Assembly (NCBI GenBank): GCA_934621295.1
Contig: CAKTVB010000007.1
Coordinates: forward strand, 6,494 to 70,493
DNA: 64,000 bases
Direction of reading: 5' to 3'
Source: an uncultured Collinsella sp.
GTDB taxonomy: Bacteria; Actinomycetota; Coriobacteriia; Coriobacteriales; Coriobacteriaceae
Shown: positions 35,087-44,233 of the stretch, piece by piece
How the letters are laid out: the number at the start of each line of letters is the position of its first letter
How positions within the stretch are numbered: the first letter of the stretch is position 1
Made by a program: the position numbers and the translations under genes
The notes under the pieces: model-generated
The model's input: the letters and a program-made list of their open reading frames with translations, nothing else
Databases searched by the model: none
Told to the model about the DNA's origin: nothing

Positions 35087-36184
35087 TTAAGCTTGGGCAC
35101 CCGCGCGATCCGCGGGAAAGACAATGCCCGCCTGCGCACGCGCCTGGTCCATCACATCCATGGTGGCAAGGGTGAGATCGCGGAAATGCGCCACGGTGCC
35201 GTGGGCCCCGCATGTCGCCTCAAAGGTCGGGGTGCCTGCCTGCGTCTGCTCGACCGCATCGATAAAATCGGCAAGCTCGTAGCACATGCTGTTATCCGTC
35301 TTGGGCAGGTCGATTTCCTCGGTGCTGCCGGAGCTCGCGCAGGTCCTGGCCGCCATGCGCACGGCCACGCCCATCATATCGATGCGCATATGGCCGGGCA
35401 TGGAGATGGAGTCGAGTGTGATGGTGCCGCACTCGCCCTCGATTTGCACGGGCGAGAAATCCTGCGTGAACTTGGAATAGTGAAGTGTTGCCACGGCACC
35501 CGGGTAGGTGCACATGATATTCCCCGCGGCGTCGATGGGGCCGTGGGTGATGTCTTCGGCTTGCGCGTCGATGAGGATGGGAGCGAAGGCGATGGCCTCG
35601 GGCACACCCAGAAGGTCGACCATGGGCTCCACGCTGTAGACGCCCATATCCATAAGGCCGCCAGATGCCATGTTACAGTCAAAGATGTTGGTGTGGCGAT
35701 GCGCAAGGATGTCGTCGTAGCGTGAGGAGTACTTGCCAAAGCGGATGGTGACGCGTCGCACGCGTCCGATCTGCTCAAGGGCGCTCTTGAACTGATAGTA
35801 AGCCGGGTCATGCAGGGGGCGCATCGCCTCGAGCGCCACGACGTTCGCGTGCCCGGCGGCGTCGAAGACCCCTTGGGCCTCGCGGCGATTGGAGCAGAAG
35901 GACTTCTCTACCAGCACATGCTTGCCGGCGTCGATGAGCGCGAGCGCCTGGGGCGCGTGGCAGGCGTTGGGGCTGCCAATGTAGACCGCGTCGATCGAGG
36001 GGTCGGCGGCGAGCTCTTCCACCGAGGCATAGCTTCGCTCACCACTATGCTCCTGGGTGAAAGCGTGCGCGCGCTCGGCGTCGCGCGACTGCGCGCCAAC
36101 GAAGACGGCGCGGTCGTTGGTGTGCAGCACCTCGATGAAGTTCTCGGTGATGGGGCTCGTTCCGATGGTTGCGATGCGAAGCAT
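35087..36184 (-). CDS. Gfo/Idh/MocA-family NAD(P)-dependent oxidoreductase
   Basis: ATG 36184 follows AGGAGG. An N-terminal Rossmann segment (IATIGTSPITENF) and the motif HVLVEKSF are present. Confidence 0.85.
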   Translation of the reverse strand: MLRIATIGTSPITENFIEVLHTNDRAVFVGAQSRDAERAHAFTQEHSGERSYASVEELAADPSIDAVYIGSPNACHAPQALALIDAGKHVLVEKSFCSNRREAQGVFDAAGHANVVALEAMRPLHDPAYYQFKSALEQIGRVRRVTIRFGKYSSRYDDILAHRHTNIFDCNMASGGLMDMGVYSVEPMVDLLGVPEAIAFAPILIDAQAEDITHGPIDAAGNIMCTYPGAVATLHYSKFTQDFSPVQIEGECGTITLDSISMPGHMRIDMMGVAVRMAARTCASSGSTEEIDLPKTDNSMCYELADFIDAVEQTQAGTPTFEATCGAHGTVAHFRDLTLATMDVMDQARAQAGIVFPADRAGAQA

Positions 36185-36252
36185 GTTGCGCCTCCTGTGG
36201 TTCGGCGAAGTTTGTTCCCATGATACCGCGCGTGGTGCGGCGGGGCGCGGTA

Positions 36253-36741
36253 TCAGTCTGCGTCGCCCTCTACAAAGCCGGTGTCGACGATGCGCGGGCC
36301 TTTGTCTGCCGCGACCGTGGCAAGCTCGTCGCAGCGCTCGTTGTACTTGTGGCCCGCGTGCCCCTTGACCCACAGGAAGGTGACGTCATGCGGTTCTTTG
36401 GCAGCAATCAGGCGCTTCCAGAGGTCGGGGTTCTTCACCGGTTTTTTGGCCGCGGTTTTCCAGCCGCGCGCCTGCCAGCCGGCAATCCAGTTCTTGTTAA
36501 AGGCGTTCACCACGTACTGCGAGTCGGAGTGCAGTTCTACCTCGCAGGGGCGCTTGAGGGCCTCGAGCGCGGCGATGACGCCCATGAGCTCCATGCGGTT
36601 GTTGGTGGTGCGCTCGTAGCCGCAAGAGAGCTCGAGCACGTGCTCCTTGCCGGAAGGGGAGGTGTAGCGCAGCACGGCGCCGTAGCCTCCGTGCCCGGGG
36701 TTGCCGCGCGAGGCGCCGTCGGTATAGACGATGACTTTCAA
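36253..36741 (-). CDS. rnhA: Ribonuclease HI
   Basis: TTG 36741 lies 4 nt after AGGAGG and gives (M)[15 protein letters not shown]. The motifs TNNRMEL and HSDSQYV are present, and the stop is TGA. Longer ORF-track starts would overlap the dnaE promoter region. Confidence 0.85.
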   Translation of the reverse strand: MKVIVYTDGASRGNPGHGGYGAVLRYTSPSGKEHVLELSCGYERTTNNRMELMGVIAALEALKRPCEVELHSDSQYVVNAFNKNWIAGWQARGWKTAAKKPVKNPDLWKRLIAAKEPHDVTFLWVKGHAGHKYNERCDELATVAADKGPRIVDTGFVEGDAD

Positions 36742-36969
36742 GGTTCCTCCTGCAGGGTCGTGTGTGCTGGGGTCATTATACGGTGCTGCCGCAGGTGCCA
36801 CGGTGATCGCCGTGGCGCGCCATAGGCTTTCCCGAGTCGAACAAACTATGGGGCTTTCTGGGGTGACGGGGGCGGCTCGGTGCGTGTCTGGAGCGTGCGG
36901 TAGAATGCTTCGAGCAGAGATAATCACGCACATACGCTTGCCGCCGCGCATATCAGGGAGTTGCTTCAC

Positions 36970-39900
36970 ATGGCCTTCGTTCACCTTCATAACCATACAG
37001 AGTACTCGATGCTCGACGGAGCAACGCGCATCTCAGACATGGTGAAGCGTGCCGTCGACCTGGGCATGCCCGCCGTCGCCATCACCGATCACGGTTACAT
37101 GTACGGTGTGCCCGAGCTGTCGCTCGCCTGCGATGCGGTGAACCATAACGCGCCCGACTACAAGGTGTGGAGCCACGACAAGGCCTTCTTGGAGAAGGGC
37201 CGTCGCGACGAGCTGGAGGAGCCCGACCGCGAGGAGAACCCTCAGGGCTGGGAGCAGTACCACAAGGATATGGAGCTGTGGGATAAGCAGGGCAATATCG
37301 ACGAGCTCAAGCCCGCGCCCGTCATCAAGCCCATCTTTGGCTGCGAGGTCTACTTTACCCCCGACGACACTCTTGCGCGCGACCGCAAGCCTGAGCTCTA
37401 CCACATGATCTTGCTCGCCAAGAACCAGGAGGGCTACGTCAACCTGATGCAGACGGTCTCCGAGGCCGCTGTGCAGGGCTTTTACTACAAGCCGCGCGTG
37501 ACGCTCGACAACCTGCGCCGCCACGCCAAGGGCCTTATCTGCAGCTCCGCCTGCATCGCGGGCATCATTCCGCGCTGCATCGACCGCGGCGACATGGCCG
37601 GTGCCGTGTCGTGGGCAACGACCCTGCGCGACCTCTTCGATCCGGGCGATTTCTACATCGAGATCCAGGAGCACGGCATCACCACCGACAACGGCATGAC
37701 CGACGAGCAGCTGTCGCATCATCTCATCGAGATCGCTCAGCAGATCGGCGTGAAGGTCATCGCCACCAACGACTTCCATTACCTCACGCGCGAGGATGCT
37801 CCCATCCAGGACGTGATGATGTGCATCGGTACAGGCTCCAAGATCGACGATCCCAACCGCATTCGCATGACGGGCTCCGAGTTCTACATGAAGACTGAGG
37901 AAGAGATGCGTGCACTCTTCCCGTATTGCCAAGAGGCCATCGACAACACGCTCGAGATCGCCGAGAAGTGCGACGTCGAGCTCGACTGGGATTCCATCAT
38001 CCTGCCGCGCTTCCCGCTGCTCGATCCGGGCGAGACGCATGAGAGCCAGTTCCGCCGCGAGTGCGAGAAGGGCCTGCGCAAGTACTACGGCGACGACTGG
38101 GAGACGCGCTCCATCAACGGCGTGTCCATCAAGGAGCGCTTTGAGTACGAATACAAGGTCATTTGCGACAAGGGTTTTGCCGCGTACTTCCTCATCGTTG
38201 CCGAGTACGTCAAATGGGCCAAGGAAAACGGCATCGGCGTCGGTCCCGGCCGTGGCTCGGCCGCAGGCGCTATCGTCGCCTACGCCATGAACATCACCTC
38301 GTTCGACCCGCTGGAGAACGGCCTGATGTTCGAGAGGTTCCTGTCCCCGCAGCGTACCGAGATGCCCGATATCGATATGGACTTCGACGATGAGCGTCGC
38401 CTCGAGGTCGTGGAGCACGTGCGCCAGCTCTACGGTCCCGAGAAGGTCACCCACGTCATCACCTACTCGACCATCAAGGCCAAACAGGCCATCAACGACT
38501 CCGCGCGCGTGCTCGATTACCCTGTGTACATGGGCCAGCGCCTGTCCAAGATGGTATCGAGCGATCCTTCCACCAAGCTGCGCCAGGTGCTCGAGCAGCA
38601 GCCGGGCAAAGAGGAGCTCTACAACCCCGATTTCGCCGATGCGTACAAGAACGACGAGGACGCGCGCCGCATCATCGACACGGCGCTTTCCATCGAGGGC
38701 CTCACGCGCGGCGAAGGCGTCCATGCCTGCGCCGTCCTTATCTGCCGCGACCCGGTGAACGAGCACGTGCCCACGAAGCTCGATACCAAGGGCGGCGTCG
38801 AGATCACCCAGTACGAAGGCCATACGGTCGCCGACATGGGCCTGCTCAAGATGGACTTCCTGGGTCTTCGCACCCTCACCGTTATCTCCAAGGCCAAGGC
38901 CAACATCAAGGCCAACTACGGTATCGATATCGACCCGGATGCGATTCCGTTCGATGACCCCGAGATCTTCAAGCTCATGGGTTCGGGCCATACGGCCGGT
39001 GTGTTCCAGGTCGAGTCTGCCGGCATGACGGCCACCATCAAGAACATGAAGCCCACCGAGTACAAGCACGTCGTAGCATTGATCGCCCTGTACCGCCCGG
39101 GCCCTCTGGGCGCAGGCATGGTCTCTTCCTACATCAACCGTATGAACGGCAAGGAGCCGGCGGTTTCCTACGACCCGCGCCTGGACGACATCCTGGGCGA
39201 GACCTACGGCACCATGGTCTACCAGGAGCAGGTTATGCTCATCTCCGTCGAGATGTGCGGCTTTTCCAAGGGCGAGTCCGACTCGCGTATCCGTAAGCCC
39301 GTGGCCAAGAAGAAGATCAAGCTGCTCACTTCCACGGTCATGCACTGGGAGGACGGCTCGGATGAGACCACCTATGACCACTGGATGAACGGTGCCGTCA
39401 AGAACGGCTACAAGAAGGAGACCGCGCAGAAGATCTGGGACGACGTTTTGGAGTTCGCGTCCTACGCCTTCAACAAGTCGCACTCGGCGGGCTACGCCAT
39501 CCTCGTTATGCAGACGGCCTGGCTCAAGGCTCATTATCCCAACGAGTACATGGCGGCCGTGCTTACGTCCTACACCGGTAAGACCGAGAAGATCGTGCAC
39601 TACGTCTCGGCCTGTCGTCACGACGGCATCGCCGTGCTTCCGCCAGACGTCAACGAATCGGGCATCGAGTTCACCGCAACCAAGGACGGCGTGCGCTTTG
39701 GCCTTGCCGGTATCCGCGGCGTGGGCGAGGGCGTGGCAGAGGTCATCATCGAGGAACGCACCAAGAACGGCCCCTACAAAAACCTGCACGACCTGGTGGA
39801 CCGCGTGGATTCGAGCAAGGTCAACCGTCGCGTTATCGAGGCTCTCATCAAGGCAGGCGGCTTTGACTCGACGGGCTACCCGCGCCGTCAGCTCATGACA

Positions 39901-40776
39901 TTTGTGGACAAGAACAACCCCGAGAACATCATCGATTCTGCCGCCAAGCGCCAAAAAGACCGTGCATCGGGGCAGACGTCGCTGTTCGACATGTTCGGCG
40001 ACGTGGAGGGCTCTGGTTTTGAGATCCAGGTCCCCGAGCCCGATGGCCAGGAATGGGACCGTCACATGAAGCTCTCGTTCGAACGCGAGGTTTTGGGCAT
40101 CTACGTTTCCGACCACCCGCTGCGCCCCTTTGAGTACGCGCTGGGAAAGGCGCGCGAGTTCTCGCTCTCCCAGATCGATACCGGCGTGGAGCGCATGAGC
40201 CCCACGGGCGAGGGCATGGTCAACGTCGAGATTCCCGAGGGCAAGCCCTATTGGTTTGCCGGCATGGTCGCAAGCGTGCAGAAGATGGTTACCAAAAAGG
40301 GTGCCGCCATGGCAAAGGTGCAGCTTGAGGACATGGAGGGCGAAGCGAGCGTCATCATGTTCCCCAAGGTGTTCGAAAGCGCCGAGGAGTTCCTGTATGG
40401 CGAGACCGACCCCGAGACCGGTGCGGTGCTGTCCGATGCGTTCATCCGCGTGCGCGGCAAGCTCGAGCGCAGCGACCGCGGCGACCAGATCATCGCGGTG
40501 GAGGTCATGCCGCTGGAGCTTACCGAGGAGAGCAACCGCCCCAAGGTCTTTGAGGTGATGATTCCTTCCAATCGCTTTAGTCAGAGCAACATGAGCCGCT
40601 TGGCCGCGGTGTTTGCTGCCAACCCCGGCGGCGACCGCGTTGAGCTGTTTGTGGAACAGGCAGATGGCCAGACCATGCGTGCCGAGATCCCCGTGCGCGT
40701 GAACGCCAAGTCGATCCCGCTTTTGGCCGAGACGCGCGGCATCGTAGGCAACCAGGGCCGCGTTACCGTCATCTAG
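36970..40776 (+). CDS. dnaE: DNA polymerase III alpha subunit
   Basis: 1268 aa with a PHP domain ([13 protein letters not shown]), polymerase core and an OB-fold C-terminus. Confidence 0.97.
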   Translation: MAFVHLHNHTEYSMLDGATRISDMVKRAVDLGMPAVAITDHGYMYGVPELSLACDAVNHNAPDYKVWSHDKAFLEKGRRDELEEPDREENPQGWEQYHKDMELWDKQGNIDELKPAPVIKPIFGCEVYFTPDDTLARDRKPELYHMILLAKNQEGYVNLMQTVSEAAVQGFYYKPRVTLDNLRRHAKGLICSSACIAGIIPRCIDRGDMAGAVSWATTLRDLFDPGDFYIEIQEHGITTDNGMTDEQLSHHLIEIAQQIGVKVIATNDFHYLTREDAPIQDVMMCIGTGSKIDDPNRIRMTGSEFYMKTEEEMRALFPYCQEAIDNTLEIAEKCDVELDWDSIILPRFPLLDPGETHESQFRRECEKGLRKYYGDDWETRSINGVSIKERFEYEYKVICDKGFAAYFLIVAEYVKWAKENGIGVGPGRGSAAGAIVAYAMNITSFDPLENGLMFERFLSPQRTEMPDIDMDFDDERRLEVVEHVRQLYGPEKVTHVITYSTIKAKQAINDSARVLDYPVYMGQRLSKMVSSDPSTKLRQVLEQQPGKEELYNPDFADAYKNDEDARRIIDTALSIEGLTRGEGVHACAVLICRDPVNEHVPTKLDTKGGVEITQYEGHTVADMGLLKMDFLGLRTLTVISKAKANIKANYGIDIDPDAIPFDDPEIFKLMGSGHTAGVFQVESAGMTATIKNMKPTEYKHVVALIALYRPGPLGAGMVSSYINRMNGKEPAVSYDPRLDDILGETYGTMVYQEQVMLISVEMCGFSKGESDSRIRKPVAKKKIKLLTSTVMHWEDGSDETTYDHWMNGAVKNGYKKETAQKIWDDVLEFASYAFNKSHSAGYAILVMQTAWLKAHYPNEYMAAVLTSYTGKTEKIVHYVSACRHDGIAVLPPDVNESGIEFTATKDGVRFGLAGIRGVGEGVAEVIIEERTKNGPYKNLHDLVDRVDSSKVNRRVIEALIKAGGFDSTGYPRRQLMTFVDKNNPENIIDSAAKRQKDRASGQTSLFDMFGDVEGSGFEIQVPEPDGQEWDRHMKLSFEREVLGIYVSDHPLRPFEYALGKAREFSLSQIDTGVERMSPTGEGMVNVEIPEGKPYWFAGMVASVQKMVTKKGAAMAKVQLEDMEGEASVIMFPKVFESAEEFLYGETDPETGAVLSDAFIRVRGKLERSDRGDQIIAVEVMPLELTEESNRPKVFEVMIPSNRFSQSNMSRLAAVFAANPGGDRVELFVEQADGQTMRAEIPVRVNAKSIPLLAETRGIVGNQGRVTVI

Positions 40777-40779
40777 CCC

Positions 40780-40811
40780 GTGACAAAAAGTCCTCAGGTT
40801 TATTTTGTCAC
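40780..40811 (+). repeat. 32-nt AT-rich palindromic element, copy C
   Basis: GTGACAAAAAGTCCTCAGGTTTATTTTGTCAC, 3 nt after the dnaE TAG. 30/32 identical to copy D. Confidence 0.85.
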
Positions 40812-40873
40812 GTGGGGTACCTAACTAATTGTCGTGGAGTCTGGAAGCGTGGAGCCTGGAAGGGGAGGCCGAA

Positions 40874-41932
40874 ATGCCGTTTTCTATCGTGAGGTCCGAC
40901 ATCGCTCGGTTGGACGTTGACGCTGTTGTCAACGCCGCGAACGAGGGCTTGCTTCCGGGCGGCGGCGTGTGCGGCGCCATCTTCTCTGCCGCGGGTTATG
41001 AGCAGCTGCAGGCGGCCTGCCGCAGAATCGCTCCGTGTCCCACGGGCAGCGCCATGGTGACGCGGGGCTTTGACCTGCCTGCGCGCTGGATCATTCATGC
41101 GGTGGGGCCGCGCTGGATCGATGGTCTCCATGGTGAGGAAAGCCTGCTGCGCCGCGCCTATCGCTCGGCACTCGATCAGGCGGCTCGATTGCGGGTTGCA
41201 AGCGTCGCCTTTCCGCTTATTTCCGCAGGCATCTATGGGTATCCGCCCGCCGCCGCGTTCGATGTGGCGTGCGAGGAGATCAGGCGCTTCTTGAGCGATC
41301 ACGCCGGTACCGACGTCGGTGACATACGCGTGGTGCTTGCCGTATACGACCGCCAAGCCTTTGCGGCAAGCCTCGATTGCTATGACGAGGTGTCGCTGTG
41401 CATCGAAGAGGCTCAGGGCGAGAAGTCCTTTTTCTCATACGACGGCGCCTCGCTCGCGGCAGATGTGGCGGAGCCCCTCGACATCAACGCCCTCTCCGCT
41501 CCCGTTGCGGAGCCCGAATACGCCACGGCATCGTGCCGCCAGACGCGCGCAATCGACGAAGAGGAGATTGCCAAGCTGCTTGACGGACTCGACGCCTCAT
41601 TCTCGCAGACGGTCCTATCGCTTATCGATGCTCGCGGCCTGACCGATGTCGAGGTCTACAAGCGTGCGAATCTGTCTCGACAGCTCTTTAGCAAGATCCG
41701 ACGAGACCAAGGCTACAAACCCACTAAAGCCACGGCGGTGGCGCTCGCCATCGCGCTTGAGCTCTCGCCTGACGAGTGCGATGACTTGCTCGAACGTGCC
41801 GGCTTTAGCCTTTCAACATCATCGAAGTTCGACGTGATCGTTCGCTACTTTATCGAGCGCGAATGCTATGACATCTACAAGCTCAACGCGATGCTCTTTG
41901 CGTTTGACCAGCCGCTTTTGGGGCCGATGTAG
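40874..41932 (+). CDS. Macro domain (MacroD/YmdB-type ADP-ribose hydrolase) fused to a C-terminal XRE-like HTH domain
   Basis: ATG 40874 follows AAGGGGAGG. Macro motifs VVNAANEGLLPGGGVCGAI, IIHAVGP and FPLISAGIYGYP are present. The C-terminal segment reads LTDVEVYKRANLSRQLFSKIRRDQGYKPTKATAVALAIAL. Confidence 0.8.
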   Translation: MPFSIVRSDIARLDVDAVVNAANEGLLPGGGVCGAIFSAAGYEQLQAACRRIAPCPTGSAMVTRGFDLPARWIIHAVGPRWIDGLHGEESLLRRAYRSALDQAARLRVASVAFPLISAGIYGYPPAAAFDVACEEIRRFLSDHAGTDVGDIRVVLAVYDRQAFAASLDCYDEVSLCIEEAQGEKSFFSYDGASLAADVAEPLDINALSAPVAEPEYATASCRQTRAIDEEEIAKLLDGLDASFSQTVLSLIDARGLTDVEVYKRANLSRQLFSKIRRDQGYKPTKATAVALAIALELSPDECDDLLERAGFSLSTSSKFDVIVRYFIERECYDIYKLNAMLFAFDQPLLGPM

Positions 41933-42071
41933 CACGAAGCGGCACTCGGCACGCTCTGCGGCCCTGCCGCACCGATGTCGCTTGACGGTTTACCTCCCGT
42001 GGCACCTCGCCTCCTATCTTTGAGATAGACGGACGGGCATGGGGCCCTCCGCACGCCCCAAGGAGGCAATC

Positions 42072-42680
42072 ATGAAGAAGAACCTGACCGAGCTTGTATT
42101 CATCCTCGACAAAAGCGGTTCCATGTGCAATCTGGTTGACGACACCATCGGCGGATACAACGCGCTACTCAAGCAAAACAAGATGACGGAGGGCGAGGCG
42201 CTTGTATCCACGGTGCTGTTCAATCATAAATCACAGGTGCTGCACGACCGTGTACCTATCGAGGACGTGGCCCTACTGACCTCGCGAGATTACGTGCCGA
42301 GTGGATGTACAGCGCTTCTTGATGCCGTGGGCGGTGCCATCCGTTATCACGAGCGCGTGCAGCACATTTTGCCGCCCGAGTTGCGTCCGGAGCATACTCT
42401 GTTCTGCATCACCACTGATGGTCTTGAGAACGCGAGCAAAGAGTACAGCTACGCTCGCGTTAAGCGCATGATATCGGCGGCGCAGGAGCGCGGCTGGGAG
42501 TTCATGTTCTTGGGCGCCAATATCGACGCTGCCGAAGAGGCGGGCCGCCTGGGCATCCGTGAAGATCGAGCTGTGCAGTACGAGCCGACGCCGGATGGTG
42601 TTTTGTTCGCCTTTGATACCCTGTGCCAAGCCTCTGTCGCCATGAGGTGCGGCGAGGACCTTGATTTCGAAGAACACTAG
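42072..42680 (+). CDS. Cytoplasmic von Willebrand factor A (vWA) domain protein
   Basis: ATG lies 6 nt after AAGGAGG. MIDAS residues are present (LDKSGSM, GCTAL, TTDGLEN). There is no signal peptide or TM segment, and a 60-nt sample has ~52% GC. Confidence 0.8.
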   Translation: MKKNLTELVFILDKSGSMCNLVDDTIGGYNALLKQNKMTEGEALVSTVLFNHKSQVLHDRVPIEDVALLTSRDYVPSGCTALLDAVGGAIRYHERVQHILPPELRPEHTLFCITTDGLENASKEYSYARVKRMISAAQERGWEFMFLGANIDAAEEAGRLGIREDRAVQYEPTPDGVLFAFDTLCQASVAMRCGEDLDFEEH

Positions 42681-42794
42681 CGCCATTGGCCGGTGCAAGT
42701 TCATTGCGCCTGCTGTTGTTTGCTTTTGTTGCCGGGGGAGTGGCAGCGCTCTTCGCGCCTCCCACCAGCCATCTCTTTAGCTGATTTCCCATCG

Positions 42795-42837
42795 AAAAGC
42801 CGCTGCCGAAGCATTTCGGTAGCGGCTTTTTCTTTTT
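42795..42837 (+). terminator. Rho-independent terminator after the vWA gene
   Basis: AAAAGCCGCTGCCGAA / TTCGGTAGCGGCTTTT stem followed by TCTTTTT. Confidence 0.75.
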
Positions 42838-42881
42838 CAGCCTTGTCTGCGCCCCTTCAGTTTGCTATTCTAAGCAGCGGG

Positions 42882-42908
42882 GTAATACATAGTAATACTA
42901 AGTAATAC
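42882..42908 (+). promoter_or_regulatory. Three direct GTAATAC repeats at exact 10-nt phasing (candidate operator for the RHH protein)
   Basis: GTAATAC occurs at 42882, 42892 and 42902 in an AT-rich stretch ~90 nt upstream of the RHH gene. Confidence 0.4.
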
Positions 42909-42995
42909 CAATATGACATAAACGAACCACGCGCGAGTTCAAGCCCAGCCGCATGCTCGCGCACACGCAGCACATCGATCCGCAAAGGAATCGAC

Positions 42996-43214
42996 ATGGC
43001 AGAAAAAATGACCCCAGTTGTCGCGAAGGTCCTGCCCGAGGAAAAGGCAGCCTTCGCGGCAGCAACCCAACTCGTGGGCACTACGCCGTCAAACGCAATA
43101 CGCATGTTCATTGCCGCCTTCAACCGGTGCGGTACGTTTCCCTTTGATATATCTCCTGCCGGAGCGTTTGGGCGTGAGGTGGATGGGAACACTTCACCCG
43201 AGGTGAGAGCATGA
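42996..43214 (+). CDS. RelB/DinJ-like ribbon-helix-helix protein (72 aa)
   Basis: VVAKVLPEEKAAFAAATQLVGTTPSNAIRMFIAAFNRCGTFPFD matches the DinJ/RelB antitoxin pattern (beta strand, two helices, G-PF motif). The TGA stop overlaps the next ATG. Confidence 0.6.
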   Translation: MAEKMTPVVAKVLPEEKAAFAAATQLVGTTPSNAIRMFIAAFNRCGTFPFDISPAGAFGREVDGNTSPEVRA

Positions 43215-44233
43215 GCGAATTCAATATCCCAGCTTCCCGCGAGCAGGCCGCACCGCCTCGAATCGCCCCTGTGGATGCCGTCAAAAATGGCGTTGCGTAT
43301 CTGCTGGCGGACCTTGGCGTGTTCGGCGTCGTCGAGGGTGCGCAGCTCGTCGTCGGCCTTGCTTGGGGTGTGGGCTTTGCGTCCCTCTGGGCCGCCGGAT
43401 TTTTCACTGGAGACGTAGAGGCCATATTCGACGACAGCCTGGCCTATGCCCTTGCGTTCGCGCAACTGCTGACGCTTGCCGTGACCATGCCCTGGTGGTG
43501 GTGTCGCATTCGGCCGCGCTCGTTTTCGGCCGCACGCGACCGCGAGCTCCCGCGAGGCGACGCATCGTTCATGCGCGTTGTCGGCATCATCTTGCTGGGC
43601 GTCGCCATGCAGATGATCATCTCCTATATCCTCTCGCTGGTGCTGCCCATGTTTCCTTCGCTCGAAGAGGGCTACGACGAGATGATGAACGACGGGACGA
43701 CGAGCGAGCTGAGCGTCATTTCGCTTTTGGTAGTTGCAGTGGGCGCGCCCATTTCCGAGGAAATCGCATGTCGTGGCCTTATGCTCGAGTTTTCTCTGCG
43801 CGCGGTGTGCCCCGAGTGGCGTGAGGCCTGGCGCGAGCGCGGGTGTCGGCACCGTGCACGCCTTCCCTTAGGCGATGCGAGCGTGTTGCAGGTTCTGCCC
43901 GCGCGCTTTTGGATCGCAAATCTCATCCAGGCTGTGCTCTTTGGCATCCTGCATATGAATCTTGTACAGGGAATCTATGCGGGGGCGATGGGCCTTGTCT
44001 TTGGCTGGGTCTTTTGGCGCAGCGGAAAGATGCGCTACAACATCGGTTTGCACCTGGTGCTCAACTTCTCGTCATACTTTGTGGGCGTTATCGATGTTGT
44101 GTTTGGCCTGCTTGGTCCTATAGTCGAGCTCATCGCCTTCATAGCGATGCTGGTGCTTGGCGCCATCTTGTTTTGGCTCGGCACAAAAGAGGGGCAACAC
44201 CCTTCCGGGATCTTGCCCCAATTCCAGCACTAG
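43211..44233 (+). CDS. CPBP-family intramembrane glutamic endopeptidase (CAAX protease / Abi family)
   Basis: ATGA overlap with the RHH gene. Motifs EEIACRG (EExxxR) and FGILH (FxxxH) are present in a polytopic protein. Confidence 0.85.
   Translation: MSEFNIPASREQAAPPRIAPVDAVKNGVAYLLADLGVFGVVEGAQLVVGLAWGVGFASLWAAGFFTGDVEAIFDDSLAYALAFAQLLTLAVTMPWWWCRIRPRSFSAARDRELPRGDASFMRVVGIILLGVAMQMIISYILSLVLPMFPSLEEGYDEMMNDGTTSELSVISLLVVAVGAPISEEIACRGLMLEFSLRAVCPEWREAWRERGCRHRARLPLGDASVLQVLPARFWIANLIQAVLFGILHMNLVQGIYAGAMGLVFGWVFWRSGKMRYNIGLHLVLNFSSYFVGVIDVVFGLLGPIVELIAFIAMLVLGAILFWLGTKEGQHPSGILPQFQH

Noticed and set aside
40874-41400. DarTG-type toxin-antitoxin system (macro-domain antitoxin DarG).
   Set aside because: No DarT (DUF4433) gene is adjacent on either strand. 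The C-terminal half is an HTH module rather than a DarT-binding domain.
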